A stretch of DNA of 64,000 nt from Camelus dromedarius (lineage: Eukaryota). Below are positions 1 to 12,702 of the stretch, one piece after another; position 1 is the first letter of the stretch, and every line of letters starts with the position of its first letter. Under the pieces are notes generated by a model. The model was not told where the DNA came from, did no database searches, and worked only from the letters and a program-made list of their open reading frames with translations. Location: contig NC_087436.1 in NCBI RefSeq assembly GCF_036321535.1, forward strand, positions 7,812,001 through 7,876,000. Reading direction: 5' to 3'. The position numbers were made by a program, and so were the translations under genes.

Positions 1-1279
1 AGCACTGATAAAAGACTGTCAATCATGTTTATAAGCTAGTATTAAGACAACTCTGATATACAACATAGGAAATAAAAAAATTAGGTCATTCAGAAAGATT
101 ACAAAGTAAACTAACCAGTTTCTGTGAGTGGTGCATCCCATTTGAACAAAGAGAACAGTGTTCTCAGTAGAGTAATGCATCTGATCAAGGGTCAATGTCA
201 TGACCCAGCTTAATCTCCATGTTCCAACCCAACCCTGGACCCATGTTCCTCTAATCTCCATTGTTAGAGCCACGTGACTGTCATACCTAAGATAAGCCAT
301 TTCTCAAGACATAGCACCAATTTAATGATTGATTTAAAAAAGGTCAATTATTTCCTCTCCCGATTAAGTATTATCTGAACTTCTCTACTGCTCCCATTAC
401 TTTTAGTTTTCATTATATTCTCATCAATGAGTGCTTTCTTACCTGTAACTCACACGTTCCTTGCAAGAAGTAGAAATATTCACCAGATCCAAACACTGTA
501 AACCAATTTGCCTTGATTTTTGTGCCTTTTTTTTACTATGTTGCACCAAATAATCTCCCACTATTCTTTGCTAAACCTAATAATTTCCAAATACTATACT
601 TTCCGTAACCATCATTATTTCCAAATAGCATACTTCCTTCCATGATGTGCACGTAGGATAGTTGATTTTGTACCTTTAGTTTTCTAGAACTGGCATTACT
701 TAAATTGAATATGTTCTCCTCCTAATTGAACCCCATTTCAAATAGCCTAATTCCACATTGAAATACCTTATATATTATAGTAATTAATTTATGAAGTGTC
801 TGCAGATTTTTACATTAAAAAAAGTCTAGAAGAACACTAAAAATGTGACAGGGAGTCAGTCCTTTTTTATTATTTCAGAATTATTTCTTTGTTCATTCAA
901 AGTGGTATAATGACACATTTTCTCCACAATTATTCATATTTACTGATTTTACCTGATGATATAAGCAAAACATGAATATTTTAAATTTTCTGAAATGATA
1001 ATTATTAGCAAGATTTTTTTATATAAGATATAAACTAAAAATTCAAACTGCTTCAAAAGATAGGACCTTTAAATTATATGATTCTCAGGTATTAATCTTT
1101 TTTCCAGCCTTTACAAAAGAAGCCAATTTGGGCAATTTTATTGAAGAATAATGCTCATATATAAACATGTATAAATCAAAACTGTGGAGTGAATATGCTT
1201 TGTAATAAGAATTTAAGATTTTTTTAACTAAACCAAACAAAAATGACTTGATATTCAGAAGTCCACCTTGAATTTCTTT

Positions 1280-2282
1280 CCATTCTCCACTCCTGCACCA
1301 AAGATAACCACAATCCAATTTACAACACCACTGATTAATTTTGTCTATTTGTGAACTTTGTACAAGTGGAATGAAACTATATACTCTTGTTTCTCGCTTC
1401 TTTTACTCAGTGTATGTTTGTGAGAGTCAATCTTGCACAGAGTTGTATTTTATTAGTATTTATTGCTGTGTGTAACATTCTGCTTTAATAATATATTTCA
1501 GTGTACTTATACTGGGATTCAGGGATATGCATTTTATTTTGTTTGTTATTAAAAAATAATTCTGCTATGAACAGCTTGCATGTATCTTTTATTGTGAGGT
1601 AGGGGGTCAAGAGTCTCCAAGTTTGTTTTTAAGGGAATATCCAATTGACTAAGAACAACTCTACTGTCATTCAATATCAACTTCACAATCAGTCAGATGA
1701 AATGTCTGCATCTGGGCTCTCTCTTCAGGGTCTTGATCTATTTTCTATCCTTGTGCAAATACTACACTATTTAATTTACATTGCTAAATAAGTCTTGTTA
1801 TAAATTTGATTAGTCTTCCAGTCATGTTCATCTTCTTTAAATTTACCTGCATTTCCATATATTAAATAATAGAATCAACTTGTTGATTTTTAAAGGAATA
1901 AACTTCTGATACTTTGGCTGAGATTGCATAGTACAGGCAAATCAATTTGGAAATAATTGCTACTTTACAATCTTAAGTTTTGCAATGAAGGGGACTAGAA
2001 CATTCCTCCTTTTATCTAGGTCTTCATTAATTTATCTCCATAATAGATCATTTTAGTGTAGGGATAACACACATCTTTTTAAAGTTTAATTTCTAGATTT
2101 TTATGCACTTTAATGTTAATGTAAATGATCTATTTGTGTTATATACATATGACAGTTTTATTCTGTTCTTTCTCATCCTTACGCCTTTTCTATTTGTTTA
2201 TTGCACTGGTTAGAACTTCCAGTCCAATATTGGGTAGAAGTGATGACTGGGGGCATTATAGTTCATTCTTGATGCCAAAGAG
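1280..2282 (-). mobile_element. Ancient L1M (L1ME-like) ORF2/3' fragment, continuing in pieces to ~3450
   Basis: Degenerate antisense L1 ORF2 motifs (e.g. 'agaatcaacttgttgattt...gagattgcatag...atcaatttggaaataattgctactttacaatcttaag', 'ttgcactggttagaacttccagtccaatattgggtagaagtgatgactgggggcat'); interrupted by two LTRs; boundaries approximate. Confidence 0.7.
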
Positions 2283-2788
2283 TATGTTAGTTGTTGTTCT
2301 CAAGAGAAGCAGAACCAATAAGACATATATACATATGTAATAGATAAAGAGAACATTTATTGTAGAAATTGGCTTATGTGTCGATAAAGTCTAGAAGTCC
2401 CAGGATTTGCCATCTGCAAATCAGAGAATCAGGAAAGCCAGTGGAGAAATTCAGCCTGAGTCTGAGGGCCAATGGTCTGATTCCCAATCTGAGTCTGAAG
2501 GCTCAAGAACCAGGAGCTCTGATGTCAAGGGCAAGAGGAGAAGGATGTCTCAGCTCAAGTAGAGAGAGCAAATTTGCCCTTCCTTCACATTTTTATCCTG
2601 TTCAGTCCCCCCCAAATTGTATGATGTCCATCAGCATCAGTGAGGGCGATCTTCTCTTCTGAGTCTGCTGATTGAAATGCTAATCTTTTCTGGAGACACC
2701 CTGATAGGCATACCCAGGAATAATATTTTACCAGTTATTGGGGTACCCTTTAGCCCAGTCAACTTGACACAAGAAATGAACCATCACA
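2283..2788 (-). mobile_element. MLT2-family (ERV-L) solo LTR
   Basis: 'ttctcaagagaagcagaaccaataag' at one end and 'gcccagtcaacttgacacaagaaatgaaccatcaca' at the other match the MLT2 termini. Confidence 0.8.
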
Positions 2789-2869
2789 GAGCAAAAACTC
2801 CATGTAATTCATAATTGAGCATGATTTTTTCTCTAACATTTTGTCTTTATACAATTAAAGGAAACATCT

Positions 2870-3372
2870 ACGTTTCCTTACCTCCAAGTTGACTCTCAGT
2901 AATCCATATATATTTAGCTTTTGAGTGCGTCTCTTTCTTTGAGTGTGGGCTGGGCATGTTGACTCACTTTGAATCAATAGAATATGGCAGAAGTGACTTG
3001 GAGGCTACAGTAAAAGCTCTCTGTTGGATTATTTGCTCCTAAGGAGGCCAGCTGCCATGCTGTGATATACTTTATGGAAAGATCCATAAGTTGACAACCT
3101 GAGGCCTCCAGCCAACAGCCAGGAAGGGACCAAGACCCTCCAAAACCCATATGATTGATTGTGAAGAGGATTCTCCAGCAATGGTTAAGCCTTTAGATGA
3201 CTGCTATGGGACTAACAGTTTGACCACAACCTTAGGAGACACTCTAAGCCAAAACCACCCAGTAAATCTTCTCCAGATTTCTGACTTTTAGAAGTTATAT
3301 GAGATAATGAATTTTTGCTGCTTTAAGCTGGAAATTTAGGATCAATTTATAAGGCAGCAATGGATAATATAA
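2870..3372 (+). mobile_element. MaLR solo LTR (MLT1E/F-like)
   Basis: 'ctttgagtgtgggctgg...aatagaatatggcagaagtgac', 'gaggccagctgccatg', and 3' end 'tgctgctttaagc...gcagcaatggataa'. Confidence 0.75.
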
Positions 3373-4099
3373 CTATTATAAGGAAATTCTTTCTTTTTAT
3401 AGTTTTCTAAGATTTTTAATCCCAAGTTATTTAATTTCTCCTTTCTTTCTATATCTATTGAATTACAAGTTTATTATTTGCATTTAAGGAATTTCAAACC
3501 TGAACTATAAAAGAAGAGCAAATAATTAATCAGATGTGAGTATTTAAAGACCATTTTATTTTTATGATAAATAGTCATTGTCTTAATGAGTACAATGTGG
3601 GAATAAGAGTAAGAAGTCATATATATATATGTTATAGTATCTATGTTATACTTTTGTTTATATGTGTATATTGTTTCCATACATTTCTTTATTTAAAAAC
3701 TTAAACTAAAACATTGCAGATAATAGTGGTGTAGATTCCAAAAGCTCAAAACTACTAAATTAATTACTATGTTGAAACTTTCAGGAAAATAGCAGGAAGC
3801 TAACATATTCTCTTTCCAGCACATTAAGAGATGAGAGTATATTTAGCTTGCAGGTAAGGCAAATAAAGATTGCTTTGGGACAAGCTGTGTGTTCCTTATC
3901 ATATACAGGGTTACCCAAACTCTTCGTGATGTTTGAGAACTCATTTAATCGTTCTTTTAGAATGAGTCTACATCTTTAACCGTGTCCACTGTCTGTCATG
4001 ACATTTCACTTTCTCTATGTATGTATTTGCTACATGTGGTTAGTGTGATTTTAAGTTACTGGCACCCTGTAGTATATATCCACATTTCTTGGAGTTCCG

Positions 4100-4510
4100 T
4101 GGAATCAAGTGGTGGTTGCCAGGGGATGGGAGTGGGGAAAATTAAGAGTTGTTGTTCAATGGGTCCAGTTTTGCTAGATGAATATATTTTAGAGATCTCC
4201 TACACAACACAGTTCCTATAGTTAACAGTACTGTACTGTACACTTAAAAATTTGTTATGAGAATAGACCTCCTGTTCTGTGCTTTTATCCCTCACACACA
4301 GACACATACACGCACATGCGCACACACATACGTACACACACAGACGAAACCCAAGAGGCATGAGGGACTTCTGATAGTGATGGATATGTCAATTACCTTG
4401 ATAGTGGTGATGGTATCCAGGATGTATACATATGTCTAAACTCATCAAATCATATACATTAAATATATGCAGATTTTGGTTATTGATTTCCTCAATAAAG
4501 CTGTTAAAAT
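4100..4510 (+). mobile_element. Old L1M 3'UTR fragment
   Basis: 'gtggttgccaggggatggg...gtacacttaaaaatttgtta...gtgatggatatgtcaattaccttgat...caaatcatatacattaaatat...ctcaataaagctgttaaaa'. Confidence 0.8.
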
Positions 4511-4964
4511 GTTCCTGGGAGTTCTAAAGCTACTTAATAAATATTTGCTGATATGCTAGAAATAAGTATGAGAAACTCTGAATGATGAGATATAAATATT
4601 ATTCAGCTGAACTTACTAATTCAGAAAGTAAATAGGATCACCACTTCTTTGAGCTCCAATACTAGATTTGTAGCTCCAAGTTTTCACACCCTTGCAAAAA
4701 GAAGTAGATGTTCTTTCTGATTGTGATAAGCTCACTTTTGAAATTCTGTAACCCGTACAGCTGGACATATTCTTAATTTTTAAGTTTAAAAGATACAGCT
4801 ATGTAATGTATCTTTTTTTGTGTTATAAGAATTCTAGATGTTAGTATTTTTTAAATGTCAAACTTTCCAATTAAGGAAATAACCTACATTATTGGCTGGC
4901 TTTTCTACTTAAACTGTGGGCAATACTTGTTATTTGAAAGCTATTTCCTGAACAACAAATATAA

Positions 4965-5135
4965 GGCAATATACATAAGAGAAATGTAGCTAGGACAAAT
5001 CAATGAGGAAAACAGTGAACAGCTCAACAGAAAAACAGGTGAAGGATGAGAACAAATCATTCCAGAAAAAAAAAAAAGAGGGGAAATTAAAGCTTCTCCT
5101 AAGCACGTGAAAAGTATGTCTAACTTCACTTACAA
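4965..5135 (+). mobile_element. Old L1M ORF2 C-terminal fragment
   Basis: 'gaaggatgagaacaaatcattccagaa...aagcacgtgaaaagtatgtctaacttcact' resembles the L1 'AKDMNRHF...KHMKKCSTSL' region. Confidence 0.5.
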
Positions 5136-5144
5136 AAATTATAA

Positions 5145-5585
5145 CATTGGCTTTGGGACTGAGTGTTGGAAAAAGCCTGGGAAGTTCAATGAGTATATAT
5201 TACTATTGCACCCTGGAGAAGGGGAGATATTTTATACTTTAATGGAACAATTGGAAGAATATTGCCTTTGGTAACTTGGGAGATAGAAAATCTACTCAAT
5301 GAACCTGTGAATCTGATGAAAAAGAATTTCAGGCAGAATTTCGAAAATGCTAATTGCCTTCTTTTAGTGTCAAAGGAAGGTATTGCAAAAGAAAGATGAG
5401 AGAAATAATTAAGTCTCATTTTCAAAAAAATTTTCAATAACTTATTGAATTGGAAAAGAAAACTGTTTCTCCTTTTTAGCTAGCAAAAAAATTCCCAAAG
5501 CATGAAAGGCCCCAGTGTGAAACCTCAAATCTAGGGAGTGCGCTAAGACCTCGGAAATTTTAAGATGGTATTTCTCAGATCTTCT
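5145..5585 (+). mobile_element. MaLR internal (MLT1-int-like) fragment
   Basis: 'tggctttgggactg...ctggagaaggggagat...gtaacttgggagatagaaaat...aatgaacctgtgaatctg...atttcaggcagaat' resembles MLT1 internal sequence. Confidence 0.55.
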
Positions 5586-5589
5586 CATC

Positions 5590-6080
5590 AACAGGTAACT
5601 TAGTGTGCACAAATAAATAGCTGAAGGGTTGTAATGTCTGTATTTATTTATCTTGAAAGTGAACATGAAGTTTCTGGACCATAGATCCCATTTATTTTGC
5701 TTCCAGCAATAACAGTACCAGCTTCTCTTACCCAGTTGCCCCCTTGGGGTGTTATGAGCAGGGAGATGCAGAAGCCTGAGGTCGTGGACTTCAGAGCTCA
5801 CACAGAGTTGCTGCACAGCCACTCCACACCCCTCTTCCTGGAGAGATGGAGAAAATCCTCATCTTGCTTTTGTAAAGGAATCCTCTCTAGGAGACTCAGG
5901 AAAGGCCTCTCAATGTTTACAGCAAACACATGGCTCCAGGAGAAGGAAACCTATAAATCTCTCTGCAGGGCTCTAGCTTTCAAGGGCTGCTTACCATTCA
6001 AACGTCCTTTAACCCAGGTTGTCAGAAATTTTTATTCCGAAAGTCTTGACCATTAACAAACATAAAAATGGTGTCCCTCA
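5590..6080 (-). mobile_element. Partial 3' LTR of an ancient LTR element (MER74/MER73/MER54-like, ERV-L group)
   Basis: Minus strand reads purine tract 'caaagggcagaac' then LTR-like sequence containing 'ggctgtgcagc...tgcatctccctgctcataacaccccaagggg...gtaagagaagctgg'; lies directly downstream of the env remnant; family assignment from memory. Confidence 0.55.
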
Positions 6081-6089
6081 AGTTCTGCC

Positions 6090-6568
6090 CTTTGTTCCTC
6101 ATGGTACGGCTTAAGCTAAGTTTTCCATGTATCTGTCACTCCATTGGCCATTGTGATTTACCGTTACCAGCAGGGCTGAGGACTGACAATTTGATTTGTC
6201 TTCTACAGCACTTATCAAGGCTGTAGCAGCAGAGCTCGTGGCAGCAGTGTGAGACCACCCAGCAGTGCAGATCCCAGCCAGATTCCCCAGGGTCTCACAT
6301 TCAGCCAGCTGAACAAATTCCATTAACTTTCAGAGCCTTACCTTAGGAAGCCAGGTGGCTTGAGCTGTCTACCTGGCTCAAGGTGTTAATCCAGATACAG
6401 TAAAGTATTGTAATAATTTGCAAAGACTTCACCTTGACCTATAAGGTAGAAGTATAAGGCAATTCTATCATCCATAACAAACCTGGACAGTGAGTTGAGG
6501 ATGACCTGAAGGCCTTCAAGGACAGAAGTGTTGCCATTTATCATTTTGGCTAAGGTGGGGCCAAATGT
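6090..6568 (-). pseudogene. env: Decayed retroviral env TM subunit (gamma-type: heptad repeat, immunosuppressive domain, CX6CC remnant, membrane anchor)
   Basis: ORF track 6386..6628 includes TLAKMINGNTSVLEGLQVILNSLSRFVMDDRIALYFYLIGQGEVFA (cf. LNSLAxVVxxNRxALDxLLAxQGGVCA); shifted frames give YCIWINTLSQV and WNLFSWLNVRPWGIWLGSALLGGLTLL; several frameshifts. Confidence 0.85.
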
Positions 6569-7281
6569 TGTTACCAAGCTGAAACTCATACCACTCACCA
6601 CATGACAGGCCAATACACTGAGGGACAAATTGTTGAGGCAAGAAATAGCGACTTTAATAGATAAACAAGATTTTACTGTATAGCATAGAGAATATATACA
6701 AGATCTTGTGGTAGCTCACAGTAAAAAAAATGTGGCAATGAATATATGTATCTTCACGTATAACTGAAAAACTGTGCTGTACACTGGAATTTGACATAAC
6801 ATTTTAAAATGATTATAACTCAATAAAAAAAAGTTGAAAAAAAGAAAAAAAAGAAATAGTGACTTTATTTGGACAGTCAGGCAGCTTAGAAGATGGTGGA
6901 CTAGTGTCCCAAAGTAACATCCTTCCCAAGTTAGAATTCATGCTTCTTTATCCTAAAAGGGTAGGGAATAAAGTCAAACCTCTCCTGTTTCCAGTCAGCC
7001 TCCAGAGGGAATGTGTTATTCATCTCTTCCTTCCTGTGGTCATTCCCAGGTGGGCTTTGAGAGAATGTTTCCTGTGAGCTCAGCAAAGGTATTTTAGCTT
7101 AACACTCATTACCTGGGAGGCAGGGTTTCCAGAGATGGGCCATTATGTATAATTTAAGCTTATGGGCAACAATGGGCAACATTCCTCTAGTGATGAATGT
7201 GAAGAAAAAGCAATAGAATAGAAAGGTTAAAGTAATAGAAACAGGTCCAATATGGAGTCAGATTTGTCCTTCCCTGTTATA
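6569..7281 (-). mobile_element. ERV1-type solo LTR inserted into the env remnant (same family as the LTRs at 27304 and 32094)
   Basis: Minus strand begins 'tataacagggaaggacaaatctgactccatattgg' and ends 'ttggtaaca'; shares ends and the AATAAAGTC region with two other copies in the window. Confidence 0.85.
6657..6850 (+). mobile_element. 5'-truncated L1 3' end nested in the LTR
   Basis: L1 3'UTR plus A tail; 17-bp TSD aagaaatagCgacttta (6640-6656) / aagaaatagTgacttta (6851-6867). Confidence 0.9.
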
Positions 7282-8084
7282 TTTCTAATGAAATAACTCC
7301 CATGGTAGGTAAAACTGTCTCCCTTACATTTCTTAGCATCTTGGGCCACTCTTAAGTCCAGCACCACTTTCCTCCAAGGGACTAGGTACCTAGGTGTCCA
7401 TATTCAACAGAGCTGTCACTGCAAATCTCTCCAGATCTCTGGTTCCAATCTCCAGCCTCCCTGACATTCCCTGGCATATTCAGAAAACACAGCAGTGCTG
7501 GATTCTTGGCACAGGGAGCCCTCAGCCCCATCCTGAATTTTTAAGGTCCTTGAGGTCAAGGCAGCTGAGACTGAGAAACCTGAGAAGGTGTCTCCGTGCC
7601 AGGAGGCATAACACGTGCACACTCAGGGATGAGAAGTACAGGGGCTGCTCTGCTCACCGCATTACTCAGCTTGGAACACTAAGTAAATCTTCCTTGCCTG
7701 GAGGAGAGGCAACACACACACACCTAGTATGATTGTCACAACCAAGGTGCAGCTTTGGGGATTCTTCAACCCTCTTTTGCTCAGAGGAATGAACACTACA
7801 ATCATGTTGTGTTCCCATTCCTCCCAGAATCCTACAGCAGCTTCAGGAAAGCCCAGATTCTTCCCTTCCTCCTAGAGGAGAGACCAAAAAAGAAGGGCAT
7901 CATCTGGATTGCCTATTGCAACGTTATGCCCCTACACCTGCTAACAGCCATCTTCCCGATTCTTCCTTAATAGACAACAGAGTGTAGGAACAGTGTGGGC
8001 AACACATGAGGTACTAATTTCCAGAGTCTCAACTAGATGAAGAAGGCCTGTGAAGCAAGTCACTTTCTCATCCAGAGAATTGTG
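7282..8084 (-). mobile_element. Upstream internal part of the env-bearing element (fusion-peptide region, then leader/LTR-like sequence)
   Basis: Minus strand next to the inserted LTR reads VRETVLPTMGVISLE, resembling a TM fusion peptide; the remainder is assigned by position only. Confidence 0.45.
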
Positions 8085-8843
8085 TTTATTATTTATTTAT
8101 TTTTTTAAAATTTTATTGAAGTATAGTCAATTACAGTATGTCTGTTTCTTATGTACAGCACAACATCCCAGTCATTTATATACATATACATATATTCATT
8201 TTCATATTCTTTTTCATTAAAAGTTATTACAAGATACTGAATGTAGTTCCCTGTGCTACACAGAAGAAGTTTGTTTTGTATCTTTATGTATATAGTGGTT
8301 AACATTTGCAAATTGCAAACACCCAAAGTTATCCCTTCCCACCCCCTTTCCCCTGGTAACCACAAGATTGTTTACTATGTCTGCGAGTCTGTTTCTGTTT
8401 TGTAGATGAGGCCATTAGTGTCCTTTTTTTTCTTTTTCCTTTCTTTTTTTTTTTTTTTGGATTCCACATACAAGTAATATCATGGTATTTTTCTTTCTCT
8501 GTCTGATTTACTTCAATTAGAATGACAATCTCTACATCCATCCATGTTGCTGCAAATGGCCTTATTTCATTCTTTTTATGGCTGAGTGGTATTCCATTGC
8601 ATAAATACACCACAGCTTCTTCAGCTAGTTGTCTGTTGATGGACATTTGCTTCCATGTCTTGGCTATTGTGTATAGTGCTCCTATGAACATTGAGGTGCA
8701 TGTATATTTTTGAACTAGAGTTCCCTCCAGATATATGCCCAGGAGTGGGGTTGCTGGATCATAGGGGAAGTTCTATTTTCAGTTTTTTGAGGACTCTCCA
8801 TACTGTTTCCTATAATGACTGCACCAAACTGCATTCCCACCAG
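8085..8843 (-). mobile_element. 5'-truncated L1 (ORF2 C-terminus and 3'UTR)
   Basis: ORF 8329..8691 MFIGALYTIAKTWKQ...PFAATWMD; clearly homologous to 48300-48690; T-rich tail at ~8085-8115. Confidence 0.92.
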
Positions 8844-9934
8844 AAACTGTTTTTCACAGGCTCTTTTCATCAAGTATTAAAGTTGGTTTTTAATATCTAT
8901 ACTTATTTATTTTCTTCTGAAAGCAAACACACACACACAAGTTCAAGCTGGAGGGTCATTTAAAAAGTGCAAATTAAAATGCATTGTGAAATATATTATT
9001 TTAATAAATTATATCCAAGGTTAGTGAGGATACAGTAAGGTAAGCAAAATCATAGAATAAGATATACCACTCTCTGTCCATGTCATATGGTTTTAGATGT
9101 CCAGGAAATAGAATAAGGTAGTTCTAAGCATACCAGGGAGGGACTACTGTCGAAGTCAACTGATCATCATGAAATCCAATGTTTAAAACAGAATGCATTG
9201 TATTATCGTATTGTTATAAAAATAAAAAAGCAAAAGTCTCTGCATATGTACATAGAAAACATTTTATTGAAATCTAACCAAGTAATTAAAAGTGATATTT
9301 GGTATTAGAAAGAGAGTAAAAGGAAAATATTAGACTTTAGTAATTTTACTGTATGCAATTTCTCTACTATTTGTCATTTCATGTAAGTATCATTTATATT
9401 CAAATTGAAAAATAGAGAAAAAGGGAAATGATCTTGGCAGATATGGGTTATTTGGATGAGCAGACTTGGCTCTATTTTCTGATATTCTTGTGATTAGAAG
9501 TTTCTATAATTTAAAATACAAAGAAATTCAAATAAATAAGCTGAAGTAAAGTAAAAATTGACTGACCTTGTGGTCCTTCCTTCAGATACATTGCTTCATC
9601 ATATTTATTATTATTTGTCAGAGTCCTAAGGCTAAGGCTAGCTGCATAAAATGTGTCCTATGTTCCCACTATGAGGATATAAGTACCAGCTTGGCTAGGA
9701 TGTTGTGGTAAAGACTCCATCCAGCCCTTCTCCATGTAGCAGTCTCCTAATCAAAGATTCTTATTGGCCCAAGTCCTTCTGCTGCTTGGATTCCGTCATG
9801 GATGACGATACTAACTCTTGCACCCCCAGGGATATGACTGACTTAATGCAGTCAACAAACAGAATTTGCCAGCCACTTTGCAAATAAAATAAACTAACTA
9901 AAACGGTGAAGAAGGTAGTTGTCTATTGCATGAG

Positions 9935-10425
9935 TCTGGTAGGTGGAATAATGGTGCTCCAAAGATGTCCAAGTCCTGAACTTCAGAACCGGGGAACATG
10001 TTACTCAATACTGTAAAAGGAACTTTGCAGATGTGAGCTGGTTAATGACCTTGAGATGGAGAGAGTCTCTTGGATTGTTTGGGTGGGACCAATACAATCT
10101 CAAGAGTACCTATAAGACGGAGACATATAGATCAGAATTAAAGAAGACACAGGATGGAGCTGGAGGGTGGGCTTTGAGGGCTGAGAAAGGAACTAAGGGA
10201 TGAAGGCAACCTTCAGAAGCTGAGAAAACAAAAACAAAAGCAAGAAACAACAACAATGGAAAAAATGAGGACACAGATTCTCCTTTTAAGCCATCAGATG
10301 AAACGCAGCCCTGCTGAGACCTTGATTTTAACCTTCCGACTCCAGAACCGTAAGAGAGTAAATTTGTGTGGTAAGCCACTAAGCGTTCTGGTAATTTGTA
10401 ACAGTGGTCATGGGACACTAATACA
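9935..10425 (+). mobile_element. MaLR solo LTR (MLT1C/D-like)
   Basis: 'tggtaggtggaataatgg...aaagatgtccaagtcct...ggaactttgcagatgtga...gaccttgagatgg' and end 'ccagaaccgtaagagagtaaatttgtg...cactaataca'. Confidence 0.85.
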
Positions 10426-11574
10426 GTTAGAAATGAGTTAACCAACTTAAGAAACAAAGTATACTCGTTTTGATCTACTTGAAAGCATGGCCATCTTTAA
10501 TTTTATTGTAGGATTGTCATTCGGTGTCTCAGAAACAACCTTTCATTTTTTACAGCATTTGAGTTGTAAGGTCTACTGTCTGCTGTAAGGGGCCACTCCA
10601 AAACAAAAATTGAAGAGCAGAAGGTATTCTCCTCCAATATACATTAAAAAATAAAAAAATTAGTTGGAGTCTGTAGCATTAGTTCTATCAGCAATAAAAA
10701 TTGTGCATTAGAGACATAATTTATCATTTTGCCATGGATAAATTACTATCCAATATACTATGGTCAGAATTTGATGTTTTATTTACATATTTTATTCTAA
10801 GTGGAATGGAGGTGGTAAAATACTTCTTAATTCTCACCGATTCAAGAACTCATCAGAGTCATGTTCTCTTAAGTCCTCTCCTTCTTCTGAAGAAAATCTA
10901 GAAAAGAAGCCACATACTGCAAAACGTTTTTGTTGCATATTTAAGTAAATATTTAGGGTTTTTTCTCCTAGTTAGAGTAAGTCTGACTGCTGTGGGCTAA
11001 ATGACCAGTTGTCGTCTATGTATTTCCCAGGACCTTACAATCAGGATTTAGAGCGATGTGCAAATTAAGCTCTGTTGGGTAGCTGACCTGAACATCAGAT
11101 GAGGCAGTTGGCAGTGGTGAGGCTGGAAAAGGGACAGATCTAAGTGAAACACACCAGCACATCCGTCTCTGCTTGGACTTGTTTCTGTTTGGCTACAGCT
11201 TGGACATTTCGATTAGTCCCTGACTGTCCTTGTGACTGGCTCTTTATCAGAGTCCTAAATCTCTCATGCAAACAGAAGCCTGGCAAGTCTCCTCTACTTG
11301 TCCATGGACCGTGTGTCACTGGGTTTAATCATCAGTGAATAGAGCTTTGGTCCCCAGAGTTACAAGCTGCAAGAAGCCTGCAGATCTGTTTGTTCAGTGA
11401 ATGCAACGTTAAGAAATAAAAGTGCATAATTTAGAATGGGCACATACTCTCCATTTGTTTGCATTTTCCACTGTTTCTTGTGTGTGACATTCAGCTGTTT
11501 CGCTCTTTTATATAATCTGCCTGGATTATGGAGACATGAGTTTGCAACTCCTAGGCCATCTCTTCTGCCAATTA

Positions 11575-11690
11575 ATAGATCTTGAGAACAATCAAGTTGT
11601 CATCTACTTTTTGTATCCTTTCTTCAGAATGTCTCCCTCCCCTGTTGCTTTATATAATGCTCAGTAAACATTTGTTAAATGATTGATGGC
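11575..11690 (+). mobile_element. L2 3' end fragment
   Basis: 'tgctcagtaaacatttgttaaatgattga' L2 terminal motif. Confidence 0.5.
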
Positions 11691-12675
11691 ACCATTGATT
11701 TCTCCTGTATCTCTAAGATGTCCTGAGTCTATACAGAAAAAAAGGTGAGATTCAACTGATGTGAAGAGAAAGATGCTGTCAAATATCTTCAAATATCTGG
11801 TGGAGTAAAGATTCACAGATGGTATTTTTTGTCTCTTGAAATTTTTCTTGAAATAACATCCGATTTTATCTGAGCAGAAAAAAGAAATTGTTTCTAAGTA
11901 TTGGTCTTCTATTTAAAGTTTTCATAGGTTTTTTTCATGTTATTAACCATAAGAATAATTAATTGTACTATGATGGTGCAAAAGATGCTTATTTAATGTA
12001 AATTCAATTTAGCACATTAGAAAGGCTATTCTGTCTTTGGTTTTTACTCAGTCTTCTAAGTTTACCAAAAGAGTTATTAAGAATTATAAAAGTTTAAAAT
12101 CATAAAGATATAAAAATATCACAGATTGTGTGATTTATTAGCAACTACCTTAAGCACACATACATAAACAAAAAATAAATTAGATAGCATAATGACTGCA
12201 TAATTTTAGTATTGAGAAGTCTTCTGGACTTATATACAAATGAGACAGTAATGTCTATGTCAAATGATCATATATACCTGTCTTTAATATGTTTCCAAAA
12301 ATTATTTTATTATTTTTGTTGTTTAGGATTCCAACAGCTGAAATTTCTTTTTATTATCTCTTTGATGAACTTGGCTGAAAGATGTGGTTTAAATATTAAA
12401 AAAAATAAGTAACAAACATTTGGCCTTTAATAATGAACCAAAGAATTAGGCAGAAAACCCAACCATGTGATTCTTACATGGGAACACCAAAATTGCGTCT
12501 TAGTTTTGAGACACTGGGAATGTTTGCAATTGCCTTTGCTGGAATAAAAGAATTAGGATACATATTGTAACATCAACTGTTTTACGTGTTAAACATAGCA
12601 CAGCTATGAAGAGTCTTTTTATGACTCAATGCTCTTTTGTATTATTGTGCTATTTAAAAATATTATTAAGGCTGT

Positions 12676-12702
12676 AATTATTGACTGTACCTCAATAAAA
12701 AA
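12676..12702 (+). mobile_element. Ultra-short L1 3' tail insertion
   Basis: 'ttgactgtacctcaataaaa' matches the L1 terminus seen elsewhere in the window; flanked by attattaaggctgt (12662-12675) / attactaagtctgt (12703-12716). Confidence 0.6.

Noticed and set aside
6090..6628. Functional captured envelope (syncytin-like) gene
   Set aside because: Multiple frameshifts, eroded cysteines, an LTR inserted after the fusion peptide, and no SU ORF.
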